A stretch of DNA of 62,088 nucleotides, counting the filler. It is 12 parts of 12 records of this genome, joined end to end, with 100 filler letters (N's around TTAATTAATTAA, not from the genome) between each part and the next. Parts side by side here need not be neighbours in the genome. Positions count along the whole stretch, not along the records: positions 22,217 to 27,328 come from SRR15195285_1242; positions 27,429 to 34,034 come from SRR15195285_1243; positions 34,135 to 38,010 come from SRR15195285_1244; 9 more parts are not named here. One strand, written 5' to 3'. Shown in pieces: positions 23,227 through 37,100 of this stretch (position 1 is its first letter; each line of letters opens with the position of its first letter). The position numbers and the translations under genes are program-made. The notes under the pieces are model-generated. The model ran no database searches and was not told the DNA's origin. It was given only the letters and a program-made list of their open reading frames with translations.

Positions 23227-26200
23227 TCATTCGACCAATTTGGATGAAAGTTCCGCCACCTCGTTGTCATAACTGGACCACTCTTCAACGAATTCACGCG
23301 CCATTGTCAGCTTCGGGGTTTTAAGCTCGGGGTTGTTGCAGAGATCGATCGCCTTCGCAGCTGTTTTTGAGGAATTCGTGCACCAACTTTCACACCATAG
23401 CCACTCCTGTGGACAACGAAAGGGCTGGAATTACAGAAAACATTGAAGTACACAGGTACGCAACATGGCGAGAGTAGACAAAAGGCTAGTGCAAAGGCTA
23501 ACAGAACGTGATATGTATACGAAACTCATTCTGACCTGCGGAAGGGAAAATATTGGGATCTGGTGCTGTGCATAATTCGGTAAATCCTGGTCGAGGTTCG
23601 CAAGCGAGTTTTCATCTTGGCTCATATCCGCGTACGTTGAGCGAAGTCTGTCTCCCGCTCGTAGTTTGCGGAAGACGTCGAGGTCAACTACATACAGCGC
23701 AGAGATGTGGTAAGGCCGGCCGCTTAGGTGGTTCTGCCACCACGCCTGCTGCCAAAAGCGAAAGCCAGCAGTGTCTTCTCGTGAATTTTTCTGACAGAAT
23801 GGCGTGTAGCCGTACGGTGCCCCACCAAGATCGAGGTCGTAAAGCTCTTTAATATCGGCCCGGAGGACTAAGTCTGCGTCTAGAAAAATTACTTTCTTCA
23901 CTGCGACAGGGAAAAGTACATCGAGGAATAGGATCTTGTAAGCCCACATCACTCTCTGTTTTTCCGTTTGGCGATGAAGCCAGTGTGGCCAAGCGTACGT
24001 GACGAACTCAAACTCAAAGCCAAGTTCCACAGCCATCCGAGGCATGAACTTCTTGAAGTGCGGAGACGCGTAGTTGGAAAGGAACCAGAATTTGAGTGGT
24101 GCAGCGGTGTGCGCACGGACGCCCATCACCATGACTTTCAATAGGCGCTCGTAGAGCTGGCCGCTGGCAAGTGAGAAGATGTGCACCGTCTCTTCATCAA
24201 TCCCCTTGCCGCTATTTGATGATCCAAAGAATGCATTCTGCAGGGATTCAGTGGCACTATCGAGGAAGCTGCGACCATCATCGCCGGCTTTTTGCTGCAC
24301 GCGGATGGTCTCATGCGCGCCTCGCCAACTGTCAACCGTAACTTTGATCAAACCACTTTCTTTGCCACTGTTTCGCGCCATGATTTTACGGCTGTCACCA
24401 GCATGCATCCACCACACACCAGGTGATGCCTTGAGCTGAAAATAATTGTGATTTTGCATCACCACCGTGTCCTGTGCACGTGGATCCTGCTCAGAGCCTA
24501 GATATAACTGGGTTCCGGCGGAATTGTAACCTGCATTGCCCTCACATAGCAAGTGATCCAGGGTGAAAACCGCCTTTATTGGTTCGCTGCCGCGATAATT
24601 CCCAGCATGCTTGAGCACAAGGTTGTCAAAGTCATGAGCACTCTCGCTCAGGCCGACCAGCCATGCCGCAGGTGAATGTAAACCGAGCGTTAACATCAAG
24701 GTGTCTGGCAAACGCTTGAACGAAACTATATCAGTCACTCGCACACCATCTTCTGCAAATTGTGGTTTCGAGTGGAGAATGTACCGGTAGTACCGATCAA
24801 GTGACATTCTTCCAATGCCGGTGTCTGGATGCAGGACCACTTTTACAGCCAGTACGTGGCCTAACGAGCTGCCGAGCAATGTCTGTGCAACGACCGCCGC
24901 TTCATGTGCCTCGATCGAGAGAGGATTAGTTACCACCGTTATTTCGATCAATGGATGCGCTGTGGATGGTCGGATGTCAACGGTAGCATCCACTCGGTTA
25001 GGCAATTGCAAAGTATCAGTCGTCGGCTCCGGCAACAGGGACGAGACAATGGCAACCATGTCCGATACTGTTGCGGAACCATCTTCAAGCACCCAGCCTC
25101 GCCAGTCTGGGTGCTTCTCGAGTGAACTTAGCGCATGGTCAGCGAACTTCACTCGAGCGGTCTCCTCCAGTTCGATGATATCGTCCGCGAGCATTGGTTC
25201 CGCTCCAAGCGCCACCCATCGGCCATTGATCAGCAGGGCACTTTGATCAGTTGCGATGCCAGCCTGTGCAGCTAGCAAGCGGTCTTCTTGCAGCCGCTCA
25301 TCGAGTGACTTTGACCCACTTCTTGACTGCAAGACGCAGCTCTCTACTGCGCTGACCCCTTGACCTGTCGGTTGCAGCAACTCAACCAAATCTCTGACGG
25401 TGCTGGGCAACTCGGCTTCTGGCTCGCGCAGCAGTGCAGCTGCAAGCAGTAGCACAGCTTGCTGGGCCAGTGCACTATCGGCCGAGTCAACGGATGCACA
25501 GTCCAGTAGCGCGCGCATAGCTCCAGCGAAGAAACTGCTTGACACCGCATCATCTTGTACAATGATTGCCCATCGCGGCTGCGCCATGACTTGCCTCTGG
25601 GGGGGTGGTTGCAGGTGTCTACGCAATACTGCGGCCAGCAACTGCCGTCCACTGATACGGGTCAAGTCAACGAATGCCCAGCCGGAGATTGGTGAAACCT
25701 GCAGCCTCATGCACGCTGTGGCGCACGAGCTAGCACGGTGGCCGCAGTCAAACGGAACAATGCGATCGTCCGAGCACACGCACCGCCCACTACGACCGCT
25801 ATCGATGGCATGCACGCAATCTGCGTCGCCGGCTGGCTCACGCTCGCCATCAAACCTGCAACCACCGGTCTGCTCGAAACCTATACATCCACCATCACCA
25901 ATAGAACTGGATGTACCTACTGTTGCAAGGTATCGCACGTTGAGCTTCTGCAGACTTGGAAGCCAAACTGGTGATAGCCCCGAGCTCGCTGGGTCGCCTA
26001 GTGCAGGAGGCATTCGCGTGCGCGTTCCGGACTGCTGGAGCAGTGCATCGTGGATTGACGCAGTATCATCAGCAACAACCCCTGCCTGAACTGCTTGTTG
26101 GAGCTCCCCAAATTGGTCGATCATTGCGTTGCTCATCTGGCGGATCACCTCGCCTTTGAAACCTACCCACGGCACTCCATTGACAAAAACTGTCGGCGTT

Positions 26201-27328
26201 TCCGTCACACCTAGTTTTTGCGCGAACGCCTCATTTGCATTCAGCTGTGACTCGTACTTGCCTGATGACTGAATCGTGATCCATTTGTTATCACCGCGAG
26301 AGATTCCAAGCCTATCACAAGACGTCAAGAACACCGTGCGAATAATGGCTTTGGTGGCAGGCAAGCGCATGTCTATGTTGTTGAAACCATCACCCTCTTG
26401 TCTGACCCGCGAGCGGTCGTAGTCGCACTTCGCGTGCACGTCGTTTGCGAACCTCAAGGCAGCGGATGCACCACCGTGCTCGTTGCCCACAAAAAACAAG
26501 AAGCATTTCGCCATCAGGTAAGACAACTCAGAACCGTGGTCCTCGGCTACTTTCAGGCGACGTTCTGCGCTGGCTTGTGCCTCCTCTTTGCCCAGACTGA
26601 CATCCACATTGCCGATGGCCTCGTTATCACGACCACTCGCTGCACAGGCATGTTCCACGCCACCCTCTTTCGCTTCCGCAGCCCAGTTATCCCAAAATTT
26701 TCGTGTCCCATGGAAGCCACCAGATACCACAACCACTCCAAACCGAGTCGGTGCACCGTTGCTAATGTAGCCTTGCATCATAGCTAGAGTGAACAGGCCC
26801 TCAGCCGTCCCTGGGTCGACGACAGCGACTGAGTTGAAAAGGTTTCGACGCACCCACAGGTTACGACGTCGATAATCCAAGACATTGTTGACCTCCCTAG
26901 GCCAGTTGCTTTTGCTGTCGTCCGTTTCAATATCATTCATCCACACAATGTCCGAGAAACGGCTGTCATACCGAACTAGCCCGCTGCCACCTCCCATCTC
27001 TCTTGTCGCCAACTGCGGTCGTAGCCAACTGCTCGCGATAGCAGGCTCAACGCCGATGGCAGCGAGAGCGTCTAGTCGTTGTGCATGCTCGCGCAACGCA
27101 CCCATAAGCTCGAAAGCGTCGAAAGGGTGAATGGCAACCGTGGCCCGCTTGCCGTACTCATCTGAGCCCTCCGACGCGAAGCGCCCGCCCAAGCTTCCAA
27201 CTTTTTGACCATTAAGCGCCAGCACATTGCGAGGATAGCCGCCGAGCTGCGCGTTGCGGGCGCTCACAGTTTGTTTGAACGTCGGCGATAACTTCAGTCG
27301 CGAAAGTGGCCGTGCCAGTGATGGAAAG
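23227..27328 (-). CDS. UGGT: UDP-glucose:glycoprotein glucosyltransferase (GT24), 5'-truncated
   Basis: Motifs HIFSLASGQLYERL, WAYKILFLDVLFP, IFLDAD, YHISALYVVDL, LANLDQDLPN. Intron 23535-23407 joins IFSLPQ|EWLWCESWC..IDLCNNP. Stop at 23227. Confidence 0.95.
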
Positions 27329-27428
27329 NNNNNNNNNNNNNNNNNNNNNNNNNNNNNNNNNNNNNNNNNNNNTTAATTAATTAANNNNNNNNNNNNNNNN
27401 NNNNNNNNNNNNNNNNNNNNNNNNNNNN
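27329..27428. other. Artificial contig spacer 5
   Basis: Same 100-nt linker. Confidence 0.99.
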
Positions 27429-27429
27429 A

Positions 27430-30400
27430 GGTAGGAGGCGTGTGCTAAGTATTGACATGCCGCGCATCGCACTTGCTGTTAACGAGAGACAATATGCAAT
27501 AGTGCTAGCTCTCTACGACACTCTAATCGCATCACCGTTGTATACGCGCAGGGCTACTGCCCGCCACGAGCAGATCAAAACCCACCGCGCTATTGATGTT
27601 GAGATAGGAGTTGAGGCCGTATCTATTGATTTAACCACTGCCCTCACAGGTGAGGCTCTATGGAAGTTCCGGTGCGCCTCGATAGATATCTGCCATCAAG
27701 ATGACCTCGTGATGGTTCACCTGGGCAAAATATCTGCTTCCACCGAGTGCACTGCGTCATTTTCGTCAGAAACTGCAGAGTTCTCTCTGCTGAACACTGA
27801 CTTCTGTAGACGCTGCGATGATATCACTGACAAGCAAGTTGTTCCGGTACATTTCTGCCGCATTTCGTTGGCTAAGGCACAGCAGCAGCCGACGCTGACC
27901 GTACACCTCGGCAACATTGACTTCACCGTAACCCCAGAGTTTCTCAAAGCCGTCGTTGAATTCATCTACACGACTAAGCAGCACTATGCCTCTCTGATCA
28001 AATCTAAGGCCGAGATTGAGGCAGCCCTGACAGCGGCAGCCAATGCGCCGCGCAAGACAGATATTGTATTGACCGATGACGACGTGGTAACGGAAGATCT
28101 CACATTGACGCGAAACTGTCGACTGTATTTCAAACCTAGTGGTGCGAACACCGAAATCAAGCTGACTGGCAACGGCTTCTCCCTGCGGTTTGAAGGAGAT
28201 CAACTCGAGAATATTGACGAGGAAGCGACCGATTTGCCTGTTTCTGCAGCATATGACGACACCTCGCCCCCTCTACTCTTCGTTCCAGAGGGCGTAACGC
28301 TTTATCTTGTGGATATGGTGCTGGAGAACTTCAATACGAATGCTATTAGTCTTGGGGACAACGCACAAGTCAAAGGTGTTGTCCAGATGGCGAACCCCGT
28401 GTCCAAGGTCAGTTTGCGTGGTTCTCGGGCCAAGAACGCTTCTGCGTTCACAAGGCGTTTGACGCGTACAATCAGTGTTCCGGACACGGCGGGCATACCC
28501 GATGCGACTTCTCCGCTTGCGTCACCTGACGATGTAGTACGGTACGCCCTATTAGCTGAAAATTCATTATCACCGGGCCGAGCAATTGATGAAGACGGAG
28601 TTCTGTCACCTGGCGGTAGAAGCGCGACTGTGGAACAGGTTCCTGTAAGGAAAGCGATGCTTACTCTTCATTTGACCTCAGAGCGAGTGGAGGTGCATAT
28701 TCTAGACAGCATCTTCACGGAACCAACGCCAGCTGCGAACTCGAGGCGCCGAGGGAGCAGAAGCTCTGGTACTCTACCTAGGCACGAGCGCAGCTTTTCT
28801 GACGGTGCAAGCTGGCGATCATATGAGCATTCAAGTATGCATTCCGAGGATGGCGTTGGTATAGACGATGGCGCAGCGTCAGGAAATGAGCATGTGGACG
28901 ATGAGCTTCCAATCACGCGCGGGCTCAACCGCTTGAGAGATCCGACGATATCGAAACCCAAACTCAGCAAGCTCAAACTTTCGCAAATCACGTCAGATTA
29001 TTTGAATGAACCAATGATCGAGACGAACCGAGTAACCTCGTACTCTACATTTGATATTGGGCTTCAGCTCTCTCTGCACGTGAAGCCGATACTTGAGCGT
29101 GCCGGCATGAACATGTCGCAAAACTTAGACCCAGAGCAAAAGTCTGATATCAGTATACTGCTCGAGGCGAAGGATGTTGTCACGTCAACGACTACTAGAA
29201 TGGAACAAGACGGCACTGCCATCTCACGTGCTCAAATACTGTCGCCGACTGGTGCGACGGTTGATGTGTGCATCGAAGAGGACTTGGAAACGTACGAAGT
29301 AAACGTATCTATTGCACCTGTGCAGTTCAACGTTGCTTTTTCCACGATCCAGCTTGGAATGCTCTTCGCACGCACATATGCTTCAGTTTTAAAAGTCGAC
29401 GCGAGCAAGGTAGGGGTCGCGGTTCAGCAGAAGGAGATGCAAAAGGAGGATCATAAACGCAGCGTTCGGGTCTCGTGTCCGCTACTTTCTGGTCAGCTGG
29501 TAGATGACAGCCAAGCAGGATCAGTGTTCCCTTTGCTGAAGGCAACTGTGTCCGATCTCGACATTGCAACCGGTATCCATCGCGGCAAAGTTGAAGGAGA
29601 TGATGAAGAAGAGTACACGAAATCTAGGCTGACCATGAGGGTTTCGGCTGATTCAATGAATCAAGCTCTGGTTGAATGGGAGCCGATAATCGAGCCATGC
29701 ACGTTTGTGGTAGAGGCTGTTGTCTTCATTGAACCGAAAACAGCTGCGGCTTTTGTCGGCGATACAGAGGTTGCAATATCATCCACGGAAGCCCTGAATG
29801 TGAATATATCGCGAAACTTTTTGCTCGCGATGCAGACAGCGTTGGAAAATTGGAAATCCGTCCTGGCTGGTCCACGGTTGGCTATTTCAAATATGGAGAC
29901 AGCATACAAGGTGCGCAATGAGACTTCGGACAGCATTACGCTCTGGCTTACAGCGGGATCGTCGGTTGATCCACAAACCAACTTGCTTACGTCTGGTCAG
30001 GAGCTAGCTTTCAGCCTAGCAACAAGGGGAACCACCACAAGCGGTGAGCATGCAAAGATCTTGGTAGGCATTCCTGGCTGCAAGCCACAATTGATCGACA
30101 TGGATCGAATCGGGTTCCAACCCTATCATTTTGTAACTGAGCGTCACGCCCGCAAACCGAAGAAGGGCAAACGAGGACGTAGCCTAACTAAAAGCTTCAT
30201 CACAATTGCTTGCAACCTGTTCTTGGACGGACCAACCAAGGTTGCGAGCTTGCGCGCTGTGCTGTTTGTCGAGAACGACACAAACGATCCAATTCAGCTT
30301 ACCCTAAAAGAACCGGCTGCAGGGTTTGATGAGGACATGTTGCCGGGTGATTACATTGCGATTCGGCCTGGTGGTGGAGCCTCAATTGACGCATTTACGG

Positions 30401-33400
30401 AGAGAATCTGGGTCCGGGCCGATTCTCGCTTTCTTTGGGCGCCTGTCGATGTGCCAACGGTATCCAAAGATGGTGCTCGCACAGAGCAGGTGCAGGCCGT
30501 TTCACGCGCGATCAACCTTGCGGGAGGAGTCAACTGTTTTACTACAAGTGCAGACAGCACGAATGGTGCAGTTTCTCTTCACATCATGCCTACTCTTGCC
30601 ATTCACAACAGGCTACCGTGCATGATGAACGCTCGCGTGTACCGGTATGAAAATACCGGCAAAACGGAATGCATGTTGCCAGGCCAGAAAATGGATAAAC
30701 TGACGGCGGATAGGCAGGCGCAAGCATGGGAGGGGTCGCTTAGACCAGGTGAAGCCTCGCACCACTGTTTTGGTTCGTCTGCAGACCACCTGCTACTTTC
30801 AATCCAAGTAGACGGGTTTTCGTGGAGTCACCCAGTTATCATCGAGAGTCCGGTACACTTTGTTTCAAAGACACTGGACTTACAGGATCAGAAGCGACGC
30901 ACTCTCACACTGGGACTAGATAATCGTTTGGGGACCGAAGAGCGCTGCTGGCGTTCGGTCGCTGTCTTTTGCAGCTGCTGGATTGTCAATCTGACTGGTC
31001 TTCCGCTGTTGTACTCTGGGTCGTCGAGCGGGCTGGTTGAGCTTGCTCGTGAGGGACAGACGACCGCTGCGGGCGAACCCGCTGATGGCAATACTTCCAG
31101 CCAGCCAGTCTTATTTGGTTGGCAACGCGCGTCGTTCAAGGTTGCGGATACCACGTCTGGTGGTGGCACCTTAGCAACAATTGGAGAAACTGCGGAGACC
31201 GAGTGGTCAAAACCATTCAGTACTACTGCAATTCGAACATCGGGTGTGAGCTCAGTTGTCGAGAAGGAGACCACCAAAGATGTGCGTATCCCACCCGCTA
31301 CGGTGTTCTAACCTGCTGTAACAACTCACATAGCTTCACCGTGACGGCAAACGCGCGTTAAGAGTCACGCATTTGAAACCCTCACTAACTTCTGTGTTTG
31401 TCGTGCGAAACAGGCTGGTGGAATACGGAAAAAGGGTGTAGAGACCGACAAGGCTGCGAGCGGCCAGCGAGACTTGGCTGCCAGTATCGCAGCAGCGCTT
31501 CAATCGGGCCGCAGGCGTCGGTATGACGTCTGCGTCACGGTAGCACTAGGGAAAGGCAAGTTCCGGCGAACCAAAGTCGTTCGTCTGGAGCCACAGTTCA
31601 TGCTGCACAACCGGATCGCATCTCCGCTGGTCTGCAAACAGCACAACACCGACTTTGAAGTCTCTCTAGAGCCGAAATCTTCGTCCCCAATATGGTGGTC
31701 TGACTACTCCGAAGATCCACATGTTTGCTTCCGATCAGTCGGCGGGCACTCGACTATTCACTGGTCTGCGCCGGTCGACCCTGTCTGTGCCAACAACACA
31801 GTTGTTGTTGTCAGGGGGATGAGCCTGGAGATGCCCGATGGTTCACGGGGTGTGCGTCGCCGAAATAGCTTGAGCATGATTGATGACAACGCAAAGCAGG
31901 ATGAGCACCTTGTTCGCGTGGATAGTCAGGAGCGCGGTCAGACGGGTGGCATCTCAGTTGTAGTGCGAGACTACAATCCAAGCACGCCTGGCTATCTTGT
32001 TGAAAATCACACTGCTTTCGAGCTCCTCATTTGGCAGGAAGATGTCGAACAACCTCGGAAGCTGACGCTCCCCAAGCACCAAACTCGACCATTTGTGTGG
32101 CAGTCTCCACTCGGCAAGCGTACTGTTACGCTGCAGCTACGCGCGGACAAACAGGATGGGAAGAAACGCGCGAAGCACACGATAGGCATGGACTTCATAT
32201 TTTCAGAAGAATCGATGCAGTCTGAGGAATGGGTTGAGCAGAAGGTCATAGTCAAGACTGGTGTTCGGCCACGAGGCCCAACGAAGGTACTGCGCATTTC
32301 CTCTCGCCCTGTTAGGCGACGCTCAAGCGACCCCGGTCAAATTCACGACCCAACTTCAGTCAAGTCCACGAAGCTGGCTCGCGCGCTCGGCAGAAGGAAG
32401 CTTGATTACATGAAATTTGAAATGTTGGCTCCACAGGTGGTGTGCGCCTTGATCGACTGCAGGCCTGCCCCTATAGAGGTGCTGGTGATGAGCATGCAGG
32501 ACTTAATGTTCATTGGCGAGCTGGAGGTTGGCCAAGATCTTCAAGTGGGTGTTGAGGTCAACCGATTGCAGGTCGATAACGGCAACATCTATTCTCACTT
32601 TCCCGTCACCATTTCACCGGCTGATCTGAACTCAGTGATACCCTTCATCCAGGTTAAGGTCACGAAATCGTTGCGAGACAATACTTTAAATTCGTATCCA
32701 CATCTTTCCGTTAAGATCCAGGAGGCAAACTTGGCACTCGACGATGTCCTCCTCTCGTCTGTTGCTGAGTTTGTGACGGGCTCCATCGACTACGGCGAAG
32801 TTTCACTACAGTACGGCTTGTCTAAGGCGTCCAGTCGGCAGGAGGTGGACCCCGGTTCGGAGACTGGGCGCATTGCCAGGGCTGCAGTGGATGCAGACAT
32901 TGTGCGTATGGTGACTGGCTCTGTTGAGTTTGATGAGGGCAACGGAGTGCTCGGAAGCGACGCACAGCTGCAGGACGCGGTTCTTCCTGTACACTGTGAT
33001 CTATTGGAACTGCATCCGATATGTGTGAATTTCACCTTCGCAACTATCCAAGCTTTCGACGACACCGTGGTTGACGATGCGACCAAGGCTTTCAAGGCAT
33101 TTGCTGGTATCCTGGGTGTGACACTTGCGAATATTGACAACACACCCATCAAGCTGAACGCACTGGTCATGAGTAATGTGTTTTCAACCCAGAAACAGCT
33201 CATGGCTAGCATCTCTACATTTTACACGCGGCAGATTGCACTGGAACTCTATAAAATTCTTGGCACAGCAGACCTGATAGGCAATCCTATTGGGCTAGCC
33301 ACCAACCTTGCGACAGGTGTTTGGGACTTCTTTTACATGCCAGGGCAGGCCGTGGCGAAAAATCCATTGGATATCGGCGAAGGTTTGAAGAAGGGCACGT

Positions 33401-34034
33401 CTAGTTTGTTGTCCAATACAATGTATGGATCTTTTAACACGGTCAGCAAGGTAACTGGGACATTCGGCAAGGGTATGGCGGCGCTCTCGATGGATGATGA
33501 CTACCTTGCAAAGCGCAAGAAGTCGAAGCGTCGGTCGCGAATGCAGTCTGATCATCTGGGCCACGGGGTGGTCGCAGGTGTCGAAGGTGTTGGGAAAGGA
33601 GTTGTACAGGGCATCTCAGGCCTGATAACTTCACCGATGATGGAGGTGCAGCAGCATGGAAGTGCGGCGCTGCTCAGAGGAGTGGGCAAAGGACTCGTGG
33701 GAGCAGTGGTGAAGCCAACTGTCGGTATAGCGGATCTTGCAGAAGGGCTGTCGACAGGCATGCGCAATACGTCCGAGGTCTTTGATTATGGAGAAAAGCC
33801 AATCAAACCCCAGCATCTGCAACGGTTTCGGCCACCGCGGCCGGCGCTACCCTCCGGCGATTCAAGTGGGGCATTGACGCGTTATGATCGTGACCTGGCG
33901 TTTGCCTTCTCCTTGATTGGGAAGCACGAAAAGTACTTGTACCACGCTCGCTCTTTGCCAGCTGCAGCAGATACAGGGGGAAGCAAGGATTTAGAACCGG
34001 CCGCGCCAGAGCCAGAGCCGGAGCCAGAGCCGGA
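27430..34034 (+). CDS. VPS13: VPS13-family bridge-like lipid transfer protein, internal to C-terminal part (both ends truncated)
   Basis: WEPIIEP, VAB/SHR-BD repeats (IHNRLPC, WIVNLTGLPL, RTKVVRLEP..NR), LQVDN, GTADLIGNP..LATGVWDFFYMP, ATG2_C-like Gly-rich GVGKGLVGAVVKP, RFRPPR. Intron 31282-31413 has a CACTAAC branch point. Confidence 0.93.
34006..34034 (+). repeat. Coding (Pro-Glu)n hexamer repeat at contig end
   Basis: CCA GAG CCA GAG CCG GAG CCA GAG CCG GA, in frame with VPS13. Confidence 0.95.
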
Positions 34035-34134
34035 NNNNNNNNNNNNNNNNNNNNNNNNNNNNNNNNNNNNNNNNNNNNTTAATTAATTAANNNNNNNNNN
34101 NNNNNNNNNNNNNNNNNNNNNNNNNNNNNNNNNN
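34035..34134. other. Artificial contig spacer 6
   Basis: Same 100-nt linker. Confidence 0.99.
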
Positions 34135-37100
34135 ATGATAGAAGATTGTGTGGCGCTCATCCCATTCTCCAATTTCATCCTTCTCGCCCTCGTCCAGTAC
34201 GCCGTCCTGTCCACCTGGTTTGCATGCGATTACTACACAAGATCGCCCAGCTTCTTGAGTTGAAGAAACGCAGTCCCCAGTGAAAATTTCCGGACCATGA
34301 ACGATCTTCAGTGTTGTTTCGTGTATCTGTTGCAACCAGCAGAGCTCATCTATGTTTGGCATCCCATCGGCTTTCGTGCCTTTCTTGATCACCTTTTGTT
34401 CTCCTCCAATTTCCCATCGCGAAACAACCCAGCTTCCTCTGGCAGCTGCAGAAACTGTCACACCAGTTCCATTCGGTAGATTGTTGAACCATGTGCCCTC
34501 GAAAGTATCACCGTTGGCGTATTGCATTCGTCCCCTGCCACACATCTGCCCACCACTCCACTCTCCTTCGTACGTGTCTCCATTAGGGATGCACTGGTGC
34601 ACATGACTAGCGACAAATGAAGGCCACTTGTATTTTCGAACACCATCGGGAATGTCCAATCCGAACCGTACGATTCGCACTTGTTGTCCATGTATGTACT
34701 CCGACTCTTCCCAACGATTGACCCGGGAGCTTCGGTACTCAAATCTGCCGTTCCCATGCTTCGAATTTGCCTGGTACTCACCGATGTATACGGCCGAGAC
34801 TTTTTTGTCATCTGAATCTTTATCTACGTACGTGTGTTCACCTGTGCCATGCTTCTTGTTATCCTTCCATTCACCTCGATACATACGACCGTCAGGATAA
34901 GACATGACACCATCTGGTCCATCTATCTTGTCTTCTTTCCATGGTCCATCGAACTTTCGGCCATCTGAAAACTTCATCTTGCCAAATCCATGTCGTTTAC
35001 CATCCTTAAAATCGCCGATGAATACACGGCCGTCTTTATACTTCATCTTTCCCTTCGGCCCATGCATCTTTCCACCCTTAAAGCATCCACTGTATTTGTC
35101 ACCGTTCGGATACTCGATCTCTTCGTGCCGCCCATCCTCCAGCGCCGTTCCGCTATCTAGCATCTCCACAACCTCTCCCTTGGCAAACATGCACAACTCC
35201 CACTGTCCATTTACCCGGGTCAGCTTCCCTTGCCCATGATAAAGATCATTTTTCCAACCTCCTTCGTACCGCAACGGCAGCAGCCCTTGTGCAGTCTTGC
35301 GTAGCTTCGCCAGCATGTTCATTTTACCCTTCGGAGGCCCCTGCTTCTGTTTGGCTCCTTGTAGGACAGCCGAAAATGTTGGCGTAGGGCCGCCTGCTAA
35401 TCCGTTTGCCTTCACTCGTGGTATATGACTACCAGCGCCGGTGTTGGTGTACTCCTGCACTCCTTGACCAGTACGTTTCCCCTGAAAGAACGTGCCGACA
35501 TACTTATCTCCTTCGCGCTCAAGCACCCCTTGACCATGCATGTGATCCGACTCCCACTCACCCTCATACTTGTCTCCATTGATAAACTTCATTTTACCTG
35601 TGCCGTGCTTCTTGCCGTTCAAGAAGTCGCCATCGTAACGGCTACGGTTTTTGACTACTTTCCCAGTTACACTTGTGCTTGACGTACCATCAAAGACATC
35701 TATCTTGCCTTTCCCTGTGATCTTCCCATCGAGGCTCCACTCTCCATTGTACTCCTTGCCAGCACCCAGGTCGCTGCGAACTGCGTCTACAGTCTCGATG
35801 CGCCGAAACTCGAGACGAAAACCTTCCGACTGGAGCCACTCGATTTCCCGTTGCTGCAGCACTGTGAACTGCTCGATCGGGTCACCAGCTTTCAGAACAA
35901 CTTCATGGCCTGGCCACTGATCGTTCAGTTCGGCACTAACACTGACATCCGCAGGTTCCTTTCTGCGCTCCCAATTGCGACGACTATACACAATCAGCTT
36001 CTGCCCAGCTGCGTCTGCCTGCTTGACTTCTTTCATCCATCTTCCCCACCAGTCTCCGCCCTCATCCGCATAATTTCTTGCTGCGAGTGATTCCTTTACA
36101 TTGCGTGCATGCTCAATTACGAAGCTGGCTTCTCTGCCGAAGTGTGACTCTGGGCTCAGCATATCGACATCGTTTGACCTAAACATGCCCACTTCTTTGT
36201 TCACAAACTGGACAACAGCAAGCACTTCACCGTCGCCTGATAAGACAGGAGCGCACAGCAGGTTGTTGGCACAGACGCCTGTTTCTTGCTCGAAGCAGTT
36301 CCAATCGAAACGGCGATCTTTTCGCAGGTCTCGAACAAACACAGGCTCGGCAGTTCTCACGGCTTCACCAATAACTCCGTCTCTCATCGGTACGCGAATC
36401 ATCTTTAACGGGCAAAAGCCTTCGGGTGATGCACTTGCGAGGTCAGGAATTTTAGCCAAAAGCTGCTCTTTGACGGCGTCTACGATATATATCGTGCTGT
36501 GCTCGCAGCAGAGTACCTCACGGACTCGCTCCGTCATCGTGTGAAGTGTATTCGTGACGTCCGTCTCTGAAACTAGACTTCGGGCGAGCTCTTTTCGAAC
36601 TGCCAGATTTTGTCGATTCATTCGTGGACAGCATAAGCTCACTCTCGCAGTTCCATCGAATGCCTGGCCGACTTCCTTGGGTGTGGCTTTGGCCAGGGCG
36701 CCCCACAGTACGTCCTCTTCCTCTGGTGCAGAGACGATCGCAAAACGGCTTGTGCTGACAACGTGACCATTTGTTCTCGTATCTAGCTCTCGATTGTTCA
36801 AGACACCCTCCCATATTCGATCTCGCCATAGCTGCATCTGCTGTATCGCCGCAGAATTGTCGTCCAGCAAAGAACTAAGCCGAAGTGTGACTCCATCCAC
36901 CAAAAGCTTCGACGACGACTGTGTTGAATCGGGAGGAAAACTCAACGACAGCACGCCGTAGCTTCTGTCGCTAGGGTCAGTGTTAAGTTCCACAGCACAA
37001 TCATCGAGCACAATAGCGTTCTCTTTCTCATCGAAGTGGCTCTTTTGGCGCCTGGTCTCAGCTGGATACACCAGAATGTAATAGCGATGACCGCGCAGCA

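Noticed and set aside
18021-34034. Joining the VPS13 contig end to the EP-UBA-PH contig start through the EP repeat
   Set aside because: Tempting because VPS13 ends in a PH domain, but the Pro codon order in the two tracts does not give an exact overlap; unsupported without reads.
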